The notes under the pieces were generated by a model. That model worked only from the letters and a program-made list of their open reading frames with translations. It was not told the origin of the DNA and did not search any database. 64,000 nt of DNA from Octopus vulgaris (lineage: Eukaryota). The translations under genes and the position numbers were made by a program. The DNA lies in the NCBI GenBank assembly GCA_951406725.2, contig OX597822.1:65658001-65722000 (forward strand). The letters are read 5' to 3'. This document shows, one piece after another, positions 28,144 through 40,584 of this stretch; position 1 is the stretch's first letter, and each line of letters begins with the position of its first letter.

Positions 28144-29885
28144 TTCCCGCTCTGGAAACGGACATCATTTAAAATTATGAATGGAGAAATGGAACAAATG
28201 GAATTAAAAATTATATTCACTTGGTAAAACGAACATTACTTAAAAATTATGAATGAAACAATGCAACAAAATAACAGACATCGCAAACAGACACAAACTA
28301 CCACGAATTCTTTAATAAAACTACCATGATAAACCAAAACTCACAAAAACATATTAGTAAACTAACATTATTTAAAAAAATTATGAATGGATTCTTTAAT
28401 AAAACTACTATGATAAATTAAAACTCATAAAAACATAAATGATAAAACCTCCTTTACTAAACCCTATAACATACTTATATAGCAATCCCTTTAACCTATA
28501 CATTCACACACAAATACACACACGTAAACCACACACCCATAACAAATACAAACACCCACCCCACTCACACACACCCACAAGTACATATAAGCCTCAACAT
28601 ATACACCAAACAAAATTACGTTACCAAGGAACCTAACATATGTATAAAAAGTATTCCCGCTCTGGAAACGAACATCTTTTAAAATTATGAATGGAGAAAT
28701 GGAACAAATGGAATTAAAAATTATATTCACTTGGTAAAACGAACATTACTTAAAAATTATGAATGAAACAATGCAACAAAATAACAGACATCGCAAACAG
28801 ACACAAACTACCACGAATTCTTTAATAAAACTACCATGATAAACCAAAACTCACAAAAACATATTAGTAAACTAACATTATTTAAAAAAATTATGAATGG
28901 ATTCTTTAATAAAACTACTATGATAAATTAAAACTCATAAAAACATAAATGATAAAACCTCCCTTTACTAAACCCTATAACATACTTATATAGCAATCCC
29001 TTTAACCTATACATTCACACACAAATACACACACGTAAACCACACACCCATAACAAATACAAACACCCACCCCACTCACACACACCCACAAGTACATATA
29101 AGCCTCAACATATACACCAAACAAAATTACGTTACCAAGGAACCTAACATATGTATAAAAAGTATTCCCGCTCTGGAAACGAACATCTTTTAAAATTATG
29201 AATGGAGAAATGGAACAAATGGAATTAAAAATTATATTCACTTGGTAAAACGAACATTACTTAAAAATTATGAATGAAACAATGCAACAAAATAACAGAC
29301 ATCGCAAACAGACACAAACTACCACGAATTCTTTAATAAAACTACCATGATAAACCAAAACTCACAAAAACATATTAGTAAACTAACATTATTTAAAAAA
29401 ATTATGAATGGATTCTTTAATAAAACTACTATGATAAATTAAAACTCATAAAAACATAAATGATAAAACCTCCCTTTACTAAACCCTATAACATACTTAT
29501 ATAGCAATCCCTTTAACCTATACATTCACACACAAATACACACACGTAAACCACACACCCATAACAAATACAAACACCCACCCCACTCACACACACCCAC
29601 AAGTACATATAAGCCTCAACATATACACCAAACAAAATTACGTTACCAAGGAACCTAACATATGTATAAAAAGTATTCCCGCTCTGGAAACGAACATCTT
29701 TTAAAATTATGAATGGAGAAATAGAATAAATGGAACTAAAAACAATATTCACGTGGTAAAACGAACACCACTCAAAAATTATGAATGAAACAATGCAATA
29801 AAACAACAAACATCGTAAATAGACAAATTACTACGAATTCTCTAATAAAACTACCATGATAAACCAAAACTCATAAAAACATATA
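28144..29885. repeat. Tandem repeat with a 510-511 bp unit (three near-identical copies plus a diverged partial)
   Basis: ttcccgctctggaaac recurs at 28144, 28654, 29165 and 29676. Confidence 0.95.
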
Positions 29886-30613
29886 ATGATAAAATCTCCC
29901 TTTGCTAAACTCTATAACAAACCTATATAGCAATCCCCCTAACCTAAACATTCACACACAAATACACACACGTAAACCACAGACCCACGACTTATACAAA
30001 TACCCACCTCACTCACACATACCTATACTAACGTATAAACCTTAATATACACCAAAAACCCACTCCCTCCCACACAGATAAATTAACACATACATCCCCA
30101 AACCTATATAACAAACCCATATACACATTCACACACAAATATACATACGTAAAACACACACACACAACATATACATATACTCCCTCACATATACGCATAT
30201 ACATACTCACTAAACTCGATATATACAACAATATTTACACACCCACACTCATACAGATAAATAAATTATACAACTAAAATACGCACACACTCACACACAA
30301 TCTCACATACATAAACACTCCAAAGAAAAACAACATTATTACACATAAAACGATATATAAAATACATCGTAATTAACCAGAATATCAAAAATAACAATAT
30401 GACATAAGGAGAAATAATATACATACTTTCAAGTCAGTTTCAAATTATGAAGTGAAATTAAATTCTAAGCCGTTAAAAAAATCAAACCAAAATTACGTTA
30501 CCATAGGAACATAACTTATGTATAAAAAGAATACGCGCTATGGAAGCAAACGTCATTTAAAATTATGAATGGAGAAATAGAATAAATGGAACTAAAAACT
30601 ATATTCACGCGGC

Positions 30614-33005
30614 AATGTTAAAGACTTTATTTCTAGAATTAAATGGAAAGCTTTTTACTATAATTTTTATTTATTTAATGATATTGATAGTAGGAATGAT
30701 AATTTTACCTCTAAATTTAAATCTAGAAAGGAACCTCCATTTAATAAAGAATTACAATTACTTGAAGATAGTATATGGAAGGTGGTAAAAATATTGAATT
30801 CCATAAATACCCAAATAGAAATAATGAATATTTAAGGAACTTAGCAATTAAAATTAAAGATATGAGAAATATGGATGGTATTATAGTACAATCTGATAAA
30901 ACAAGGAACCTATATAAATTAGATGTTAAATTATATGATAAACTATTAGGGAAAGAAATAATTAAAAAATATAAAATTGTTCCAGATGATATTCTTTATA
31001 ATATTAATAAGGCCTCTAAATTAGTAATGTTAAAAAAACTGAACCTTATGTACCTTTGCACCCCAGAATTACTCTTAAAGACCATAAAGATAATTTTTAT
31101 TCAGACCCTAAAGTTAGATTAATTTGCCCATGTAAATCGGACCTAGGTAAATTAAGTAAATTTATTTTAGATAAATATATCGATAAGTTAAATAAACTTA
31201 ATTATTTAAAATTATGGTTTAGTAATAACAATACATTGAAATGGTTTAATAATATTAAAGATAAAAATCGTTATAAATTTATTCAAATAGATATAGATAA
31301 TTATTATTATTCTATTAATGAAATTGTGTTTAATAAAGCGCTTATTTTCGCAATGAATAAAGTGGGTATGTCACGGGAAGAAGTTAATGTAATTAAAATG
31401 GCTAGGAAATCGCTAATTAAATATAAAAATAAATTATGGGCTAGGAATGATACTAGAGATTGTTTTGATATACCTATGGGAGCACCAGATTCTGCACAGG
31501 CTACTGATTTAGTAGGTATTTTTCTTTTATCTGAACTCCAATTAGAAAATCTTAAGATAGAGGGTGGCTTATATAGAGACGATCTTCTACTAGTTACAAA
31601 GAATTGTACTAATAGGAATCTAGAAGTATATAAGAAAAAACTATATAGTTTCTTTAAAAGATATGGTTTAAGTATTACTATATATAAGGAGAATTATAAT
31701 GTTAATTATTTAGATGTTAATTTTAATCTTATTACTGGTAAAACACAACCATATCATAAACTTAATGAGAACCTTAGATATATAAATGTTAATAGTAATC
31801 ACCCATTTTCTATTAAAAAATCGTTGATTAATAATATAAGTAAACGTATTTCATTACTCTCTTATGATATAGAGATTTTTAATAAACATGCTAATTATTA
31901 TAATGAGGCCCTTAGAGGGGCAGGTTATAATAGGAATGTTAAATTTTATAATATTAGTGATAAAGATTTAAATGATAATTTTCGAGATACTTCTAATAAT
32001 AATGATAATTTTGTTAGGTTTAGTGGTAAAAATTATAGATATTATAAAAAAAAAAATAATAAAAATGATAAAAATATAAATAAGAATAATAATAATACTA
32101 ATAATAATACAAATAAGAATAATAAAAATAAAAATAAATTTAATAATTATTATAATAATTATATTGATAAAATTAATAATATTAATAATTCCTTAAATGC
32201 TGTACATAGATATAATTCTGATAATAATTTTAATAAAATAAAGAATTATAAATATATTTATAATAATGATAATAATAATAAGGTTAATAAGAATAAAATT
32301 TGGTTAATAGTTCCTTATGGAGATCAAGTAAAAACGAATATTATTAAAGAGATTTTAGATGTTATAGAACTATTTATTAGAGATAATCGTAAATATAGAA
32401 ACATTTTCTCTATTAATAATTTTGGAGTAGGTTATTCTACCACTAATAATGTAGGTAACATTATTTCTTCATTTAATAAATATAAACTGAATAATTTTTA
32501 TAAAAATAAATTATTTGATAATAATATTAATAATGATAAGACTTATATTAATTGTACATGTAGAGATAAATCTAATTGTATATTAAATAATAATTGTGAT
32601 ATTAACGATGTAGTGTATAAATGTATAGTTACATTACATGATAATAACTTTAAGAATAATAATTACCCAAAAGCGGTTTATATAGGTTCTACTTCCTCAA
32701 AAATAAAATTAAGAATCGCACAACATATGAATTCTTTTAAAAATAAAAACTTAATCAACTCAACCGCACTTAGTAAGTACATTTGGAGTCTTAAATCACT
32801 AAATATTAATTATAGTTTAATTTGGGAAATAATTTGTAAAACTAAATCATATACTATAGGAGCTAATTGTTGTTATTTATGCTCTAATGAGTTTAAAGAA
32901 ATTTTATTTTATAAGTATGATAATTTACTTAATACTGGTGAAGAGCGCAAAATAAAATGCAGACATAAGTTACTTTACCTATATAATAAGTTTCATGATA
33001 AATAG
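30614..33005 (+). pseudogene. PLE reverse transcriptase / GIY-YIG endonuclease ORF with two 5' frameshifts
   Basis: NVKDFISRIKWKAFYY (from 30614), frameshift ~30788, SDKTRNLY, frameshift ~31038, then 649 open codons: ITLKDHK..RLICP, IDIDNYYYSI, FDIPMGAPDSAQ, GLYRDDLL, YLDV, SNHP, CTCRDKSNCILNNNC, VVY..YIG..R..QH, CYLC..E, CRH. Confidence 0.92.
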
Positions 33006-33739
33006 CATTAATAGTTCCCTATTAGGTTACTTTAGTTTAGTTTAATTTAGTTTAGATAATTATATTTATTTGGTTATGTAGTCTAGGCTTTAATTATAGT
33101 TAGTCTTTATTGATATTTCTTTGTTTTAATTAGTTCATTTTAATGTATATTAATATAACAGTTTATGGTACGTTAAAACTTTAATAATTTATATTAGATT
33201 TTTTTATTTTCTTTAATTATATATATATTTTTTTAAATTTTATTTTATTATGTATTTTTATTATGCATTTGTTATATGTATATTGGAGGATATATTTATA
33301 TGGATGATGGGTGTTATTTAGTGGTGTATATATTGAGTTTTGTATGTATGTGTGAATGTTTACGATCCCTTTGTTTTTTATTTGGTATGTTGAATTGACA
33401 GATTTTATTTGGGTATTGTCTGTTATAATAAAGTACACACACCCATAACAAATACAAGTGCCCACCTCATTCGCGCGTACCTGGAATTACATATAAGCCT
33501 CAACATATACACCAAGGGGCCACTCCGCCCCACACGGACAGATAAACACATACATCCCCAAAAATGGGCGCAATCCCACTCACACCAATCATACATGTAT
33601 ACAATTTTACACACTAGAATAATACATAACTAACCCAAATATACAGAACATACCAAATATCACCAACAAACCACCATCACAAATGAAACCCACACCCATA
33701 CAATGACAAAACTCCCCCCTCCATACCCAATTTACACCC

Positions 33740-34115
33740 ACATAGCAATCCCCATATATTCATCCATACACAAACACACATACGCAAAACACACACACAC
33801 AACACATACGTACAACCCCCCAAACACACTCATATACATACGTATCAAACTCGACATCCACAACAATACGCTCACACCCACTCACACCCAGATAAACAGA
33901 CTACACAACCAAAAACGCACACACACACGTGTGCGTATTTTAATTGTGCAATTCACCCATCCGCATGAATGCGGGCGCGAACACACCGTTGCACATATCG
34001 AGCCCAACAAGCATGCACATGTACATGTGAGGGGGTACACGCACATGCCGTGCGCGTATACCCCGCGCTTATACCCGTGCGCGAATATACACATGGAGAC
34101 TACCACACAGGTACA
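33740..34115. repeat. Local diverged hairpin in the PLE 3' region
   Basis: Centre aaaacgcacacacacacgtgtgcgtatttt (~33912-33941); arms are homologous to 30110-30295 and 34806-34990. Confidence 0.75.
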
Positions 34116-34420
34116 AACATGCATAGCAAAGGGAGCCCCATCACTACACTCAATGCATACTCTCACCCATCCGCACGGATGTGGAAGCGAATCACCGGTG
34201 CATATATTGAGGCTCATACGTAGCACTATGGAAGCGAACGTCATTGAACTTGTGAATGGAATAAATGGAATTGGGAATTGTAACCGGTTGGTAGGCTAGC
34301 GTTGCTTAGAATTGGGAATGGAATAATGTAGTAGAATGGCAGACATCGGGAATAGACGTAGGTTGCTGCGAGTTATTTATTAGGACTGCCAAGATGAACT
34401 AAAGCTCATAAATACATATA

Positions 34421-36630
34421 ATAATTTATCATGGTAGTTTTATTAAAGAATCCATTCATAATTTTTTTAAGTACTGTTGGTTTGCCGCGTGAATATAGTT
34501 TTTAGTTCCATTTATTCTATTTCTCCATTCATAATTTTAAATGACGTTTGCTTCCATAGCGCGTATTCTTTTTATACATAAGTTATGTTCCTATGGTAAC
34601 GTAATTTTGGTTTGATTTTTTTAACGGCTTAGAATTTAATTTCACTTCATAATTTGAAACTGACTTGAAAGTATGTATATTATTTCTCCTTATGTCATAT
34701 TGTTATTTTTGATATTCTGGTTAATTACGATGTATTTTATATATCGTTTTATGTGTAATAATGTTGTTTTTCTTTGGAGTGTTTATGTATGTGAGATTGT
34801 GTGTGAGTGTGCGCGTATTTTAGTTGTATAATTTATTTATCTGTATGAGTGTGGGTGTGTAAATATTGTGGTATATATCGAGTTTAGTGAGTATGTATAT
34901 GCGTATATGTGAGGGAGTATATGTATATGTTGTGTGTGTGTGTTTTACGTATGTATATTTGTGTGTGAATGTGTATATGGGTTTGTTATATAGGTTTGGG
35001 GATGTATGTGTTAATTTATCTGTGTGGGAGGGAGTGGGTTTTTGGTGTATATTGAGGTTTATACGTTAGTATAGGTATGTGTGAGTGAGGTGGGTATTTG
35101 TATAAGTCGTGGGTCTGTGGTTTACGTGTGTGTATTTGTGTGTGAATGTTTAGGTTAGGGAGATTGCTATATAGGTTTGTTATAGAGTTTAGCAAAGGGA
35201 GATTTTATCATTATATGTTTTTATGAGTTTTGGTTTATCATGGTAGTTTTATTAGAGAATTCGTAGTAATTTGTCTATTTACGATGTTTGTTGTTTTATT
35301 GCATTGTTTCATTCATAATTTTTGAGTGGTGTTCGTTTTACCACGTGAATATTATTTTTAATTCCATTTTTCCATTTCTCCATTCATAGTTTTAAAAGAT
35401 GTTCGTTTCCAGAGCGGGAATACTTTTTATACATATGTTAGGTTCCTTGGTAACGTAATTTTGTTTGGTGTATATGTTGAGGCTTATATGTACTTGTGGG
35501 TGTGTGTGAGTGGGGTGGGTGTTTGTATTTGTTATGGGTGTGTGGTTTACGTGTGTGTATTTGTGTGTGAATGTATAGGTTAAAGGGATTGCTATATAAG
35601 TATGTTATAGGGTTTAGTAAAGGGAGGTTTTATCATTTATGTTTTTATGAGATTTAATTTATCATAGTAGTTTTATTAAAGAATCCATTCATAATTTTTT
35701 TAAATAATGTTAGTTTACCGCGTGAATATAATTTTTAATTCCATTTATTCTATTTCTCCATTCATAATTTTAAATGACGTTTGCTTCCATAGCGCGTATT
35801 CTTTTTATACATAAGTTATGTTCCTATGGTAACGTAATTTTGGTTTGATGTTTTTAACGGCTTAGAATTTAATTTCACTTCATAATTTGAAACTGACTTG
35901 AAAGTATGTATATTATTTCTCCTTATGTCATATTGTTATTTTTGATATTCTGGTTACTTACGATGTATTTTATATATCGTATTATGTGTAATAATGTTGT
36001 TTTTCTTTGGAGTGTTTATGTATGTGGGATTGTGTGTGAGTGTGTGCGTGTTTTGGTTGTGTAGTTTGTTTGTCTGTATGAGTGTGGGTGTGTTAATATT
36101 GTTGTATATATCGAGTTTAGTGAGTATGTATATGTATATGGTGTGTGTTTTACGTATGTATATTTGTGTGTGAATGTGTTTATGGGTTTGCTATATAGGT
36201 TTGGGGATGTATGTGTTTATTTGTCTGTGTGGGGTTGAGTGGGTTTTTGTAGTATATGTTGAGGTTTATATGTATGTATAGGTATGTGTGAGTGGGGTGG
36301 GTATTTGTATATGTCGTGGGTGTGTGGTTTACGTGTGTGTATTTGTGTGTGAATGTTTAGGTTAGGGGGATTGCTATATAGGTATGTTATAGAGTTTAGT
36401 AAAGGGAGATTTTATCATTATATGTTTTTGTGAGTTTTGGTTTATCATGGTAGTTTTATTAAAGAATTCGTGGTAGTTTGTGTCTGTTTGCGATGTCTGT
36501 TATTTTGTTGCATTGTTTCATTCATAATTTTTAAGTAATGTTCGTTTTACCAAGTGAATATAATTTTTAATTCCATTTGTTCCATTTCTCCATTCATAAT
36601 TTTAAATGATGTCCGTTTCCAGAGCGGGAA
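34421..36630. repeat. Tandem duplication with a ~1233 bp period in the right arm
   Basis: ccgcgtgaatata at 34485 and 35718, with collinear sequence following each. Confidence 0.85.
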
Positions 36631-37037
36631 TGTGGGTTGTATGTGTGTGTGAGGGAGTATGAATAAGTATTGTGTTGAAGTATTTGGCTATTTTATTTAT
36701 TTATCGTTGCCTAGACGTTTTTATGTGTATGTATAGGGATATATATATAGGTGTGTGATTTAGTGTATGTATTTAGGTATGGTTATATATAATTAGTTAT
36801 ATGTGTATGGGTGTATATATAGTTTATTTTTTGTTTTGTTTTATATTTTATATTTTATATTTTATATTTAATTGTTGATAGGTTTATTTTAGTTTATATA
36901 TTGTTTATATATTGATTATATATGGATTATATATAGGTTATATATAGATTATATATTTATATTTTTTCATTAATACTTTAATTATTTTAAAATTATTATT
37001 TTTATATTTTAAAATATTGATATTTTAGATTGGAAGT

Positions 37038-37080
37038 CCACCTGAAGATTGTCGATTAGGACAAGAAACAATTGTAGTGG
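37038..37080 (+). ncRNA. Minimal hammerhead ribozyme in the sense pLTR
   Basis: CCAC-CTGAAGA-TTGTC(gattag)GACAA-GAAA-CAATTG-TA-GTGG; predicted cleavage after GTA. Confidence 0.9.
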
Positions 37081-37160
37081 CGGTTTTTTTGACTTTTTAT
37101 TAAAATTTTATGTATTGATTAAGTCTTTCCTTGTATATGCAAAATAGTGGTTATGTCTCT

Positions 37161-37257
<97 letters not shown>

Positions 37258-38249
37258 CATACATACAAACATGCATACATGCATACATACACATTTTTAC
37301 ATACATGCATTGCCTATGTTCACTGTACTGCAAGACGAATGCCTCGCCATTATCCTTCTGACACTCCCTTTTTTATTGAAAATTCCATAGATCATTACAA
37401 TTAAAAAAATCTATCTCTATAAAAATTAGTGTTCCTGTTTTTGAGCAGTGTGGTAGGTGATTGGAGCCCTTGAGTCACTTTGTAATTTCTGCCATAAATC
37501 CATCCATGCACACTCACACACGCACAAACACACACATGCACACATTGATATATATTGTGATTAACGGTGTGAATATGCTTTGTGAGAGTGTGTATGTGTG
37601 TCTGCTCGCGGGTATGTGTGTGACTGTGAGTATAATTACACTTTATCATTTAGAACTTAGTGACTGAACACGAAAGCAAATGGAAAAGCTTTGTACTTTT
37701 ATCCTCTCGTTAGTTATTTCCTTTCCTCAGGTATTACACCCGCCCATCTCCACTTATATTGTGTACATGACTGACTAAAATACTTTAGAGTTTGTGTCAT
37801 ATAAATTCGGTTAAAATTTAGGTGGTTGTGAAACACTATGAAACGTGGAACAAAAAATTGTTCCAGACACCTTCTTTTACGCTATCAATGAAATAAATCT
37901 AAGAAACATGACATACAATTTCGTGGATTGTAATGTAATGAGAGGTATGCAAAATCGTGACCTAACTCTCTTAGTTTTCGTGACAGGAGTATGTATTACA
38001 AGTGATTTTCTTTTCTTTAATTTCTTTTACTTATAAAATTTATACGGCTAAATCTGTCTTAGAAATGCATTTTACACATTATGTGAAACCGTGACGACCA
38101 GCACGAGAATCAATGGTTTATACAGGGCTGCTTTACATACTTTTTTTTTCCGAGATGCATGCATGGAGATACTACTTCGTTCATTTTCCTACGTCAGCTT
38201 ATCGAACATTGATAAAAATCAGTTTTTATTGAAAATATGGAAACATAAG

Positions 38250-38393
38250 CGCAAACGTGGCTGTTGGTAAGAAGTTTGCTTCCCAACCAGAGGGTTCCAG
38301 GTTCGCTGTCACTGTATGGCAACTTGGGAAAGTGTCTTCTACTATAGCCTCGGTCCGATCAAGCTTCATGAATAAATTTGCTAGACAGAAGCC

Positions 38394-38449
<56 letters not shown>

Positions 38450-38470
38450 GTATATATGTATGTGTGTATG

Positions 38471-38532
<62 letters not shown>

Positions 38533-38850
38533 CACACACACGAGGGGGTGTATGAAATGTCTTGAACCTCAAGAAAAACATGGGCCAAGATTTCTGATGA
38601 CACCTCTAGTATATATACACACATATATACACACACAAATAATACATACATGTATCCATGTTTGAATCCCCACCATCGCATGACACTCAGTGTTGGTGTG
38701 TTTACGACTCTGTAACCTAGCGTTTCGGCCTAAGGGACCGATAGGATCGGCACGAAGATTTTAAAAGATAACTAATGGGATCAACAAATTTAGCAAAAAT
38801 TCTTCAAGTAGGTGCCTCAGGGTGAACTCAGGCGAGTGACTGAAACAAAT
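38250..38850 (+). mobile_element. Degenerate tRNA-SINE with internal (TA)n and a nested mini-MITE
   Basis: Head gtggctgttggtaagaagtttgc and tail gtgactgaaacaaat. Confidence 0.7.
38540..38611. mobile_element. ~70 bp mariner-type MITE
   Basis: Imperfect TIRs acgagggggtgt / acacctctagta in a TA/CA tract. Confidence 0.45.
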
Positions 38851-39518
38851 AAACAATAATAAATAAATGATATAACACACCCACTCTCTCTCACTCACTC
38901 GTTCTCCCTCTATGTCTCTCTCCCTCTCTGTCTATCTCCTTTCCCCACGTCTATCTGCGTACATGTTTAAATATGAAATTGCATAAACAATGTGAAATGA
39001 ATGATAAGGAAATAGTAAACATAGAACTAAATTAAAGCTATTAAGACTTCACAGACGCCAGGTTTTACGTAATAGCCTTTTCAGATGGAAGTGTACATCT
39101 GGTCCAATACGAAAATATAAGGCAGCAATAATCATTCAACAACTATACAAATAAAAATCTATGTGGTCACAGTTTCGTAAAGGGATTCTATATTCACATC
39201 CGATAGTATTCTCCTCTTTTGTATCTGAGAATTTAGAATGAACTTTGCTTATTTGACAAGAAATTCCTTGCCGCATTTGACTCTCACTTTGTAACCATGT
39301 TTCTGGTTCAGTCAGGATCTTGGGCAAGTGTTTACAAGTAGAAACCCGAAATTGACCAATGCATTGTTGGTAATTTTGATAAACAGAAGTTATGTGGGAG
39401 TCTATATGTATGCATATGTGTCTGTATATATGTATATGTATGTATGTATGCATGCATGTATGTATGTATGTATGTATGTATGTATGTATGTATGTATGTA
39501 TGTATGTATGTATGTATG

Positions 39519-39580
<62 letters not shown>

Positions 39581-39782
39581 TGTGTGTGTGTATGTACATA
39601 TATAAAAGTAGCAAAAATACTGGAGATTCAGTATACACCACGTAGCAAAATTATGAGTTGAAAATATGTGGAAAACATATATAAAAAGTGGAAGAGGAAT
39701 TCTTTCGTTCCACATAGTTTAATATCTTTTTATAAAGAATTAAAAAATATATATATATATACATATATTATGGGTGTCGTGA

Positions 39783-39826
39783 TATCCAACCGGTTTTCGC
39801 TATTTAAATTAGCTTTTCAATGGACA
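39783..39826 (-). ncRNA. Degenerate hammerhead in the pLTR of the Neptune-like remnant
   Basis: Minus strand reads TCCA-TTGAAAA-GCTA(atttaaa)TAGC-GAAA-ACCGGT-TGGA; the core is mutated. Confidence 0.5.
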
Positions 39827-39959
39827 TTGTGAAGTGATCAATTCTTGTGACAAAGGGGTCTCGCTATTTTGCATGCTTGAAAATATGAATGAATCTGCAA
39901 AGTGGGCCAAGGGAGGCAACAGGTAGCAAGGGGGTCAACTAACTCTTCCGTATAATTTT

Positions 39960-40560
39960 TGAAGTTCAAGTTTAAGGTGTGGCCTGTACTTTTGTATGAA
40001 CAGGTTTTCCTTGTTTAGGCGTCTTGTAAGGAGATTGCATGTTTGCATTGGTATAATGGAAAGACATGGAAATTCGGCGTTTTATTTCTTGCGCATCTGT
40101 CGATATGTTCGCTCAGGACTATCTGCCTGTATTGAGGGAAATGAATCTGTTCTTTATGCAGCGTGACCCTGCGTCTCAAAATAAGACTCGTTTGGCCACA
40201 TAATTGTGACCATAACCTGAGCAGGTTAGGACATAGATAAGATTCTGGGAAGCACATGTGAAATTGTTTTTAATTGATAATTTTTCTCCTTTGCTGAAAT
40301 GAGAATTCCGAGCCTTCAGTTAGGTATGGGCACGCTCCACTATTAGGTTGTCTGCATTTTTTAACTGTTGGTATCGTATGTATTGAGTATAGTTTTGCAT
40401 TTGTGTGTACGAGTGTCATCTTTTCACGCGTGTGATTATCCACTTAGTATTTGTTTAATTCTTGAGATATCTTTATTCATCAAAATTGTGAGCAGATAGG
40501 AGCAGCATCGTTAACATTCGGTTTTGCATGCTTTGTTCCTGTGTCGATTGCATGCATCGC
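39960..40560 (-). pseudogene. PLE (Neptune-like) zinc knuckle + GIY-YIG endonuclease remnant
   Basis: KKCRQPNSGACPYL, FTCASQNLIYVLTCSGYGHNYV, frameshift, GQTSLILRRRVTLHKEQI..LSEHIDRC..FIQKYRP. Confidence 0.8.
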
Positions 40561-40584
40561 TAGGTTTCAATATCTATGCTGAGC

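Larger units (their letters stand above)
27518..37167 (+). mobile_element. Penelope-like retroelement (Naiad-type) with ~3 kb inverted arms, inserted in (TA)n
   Basis: RT + GIY-YIG ORF; left arm ~27605-30615 is reverse-complementary to right arm ~34421-37167; an HHR near each outer end; TA arrays outside both ends. Confidence 0.9.

Noticed and set aside
28144-29885. CRISPR-like array or coding repeats (three similar 79-98 aa ORFs)
   Set aside because: Units are identical throughout with no unique spacers, the context is eukaryotic, and the ORFs reflect G/T skew.
33703-34299. 198 aa His/Thr-rich ORF as a second PLE protein
   Set aside because: It spans a hairpin of repeat copies; loss of T/A by transitions removes stop codons, and no domain is evident.
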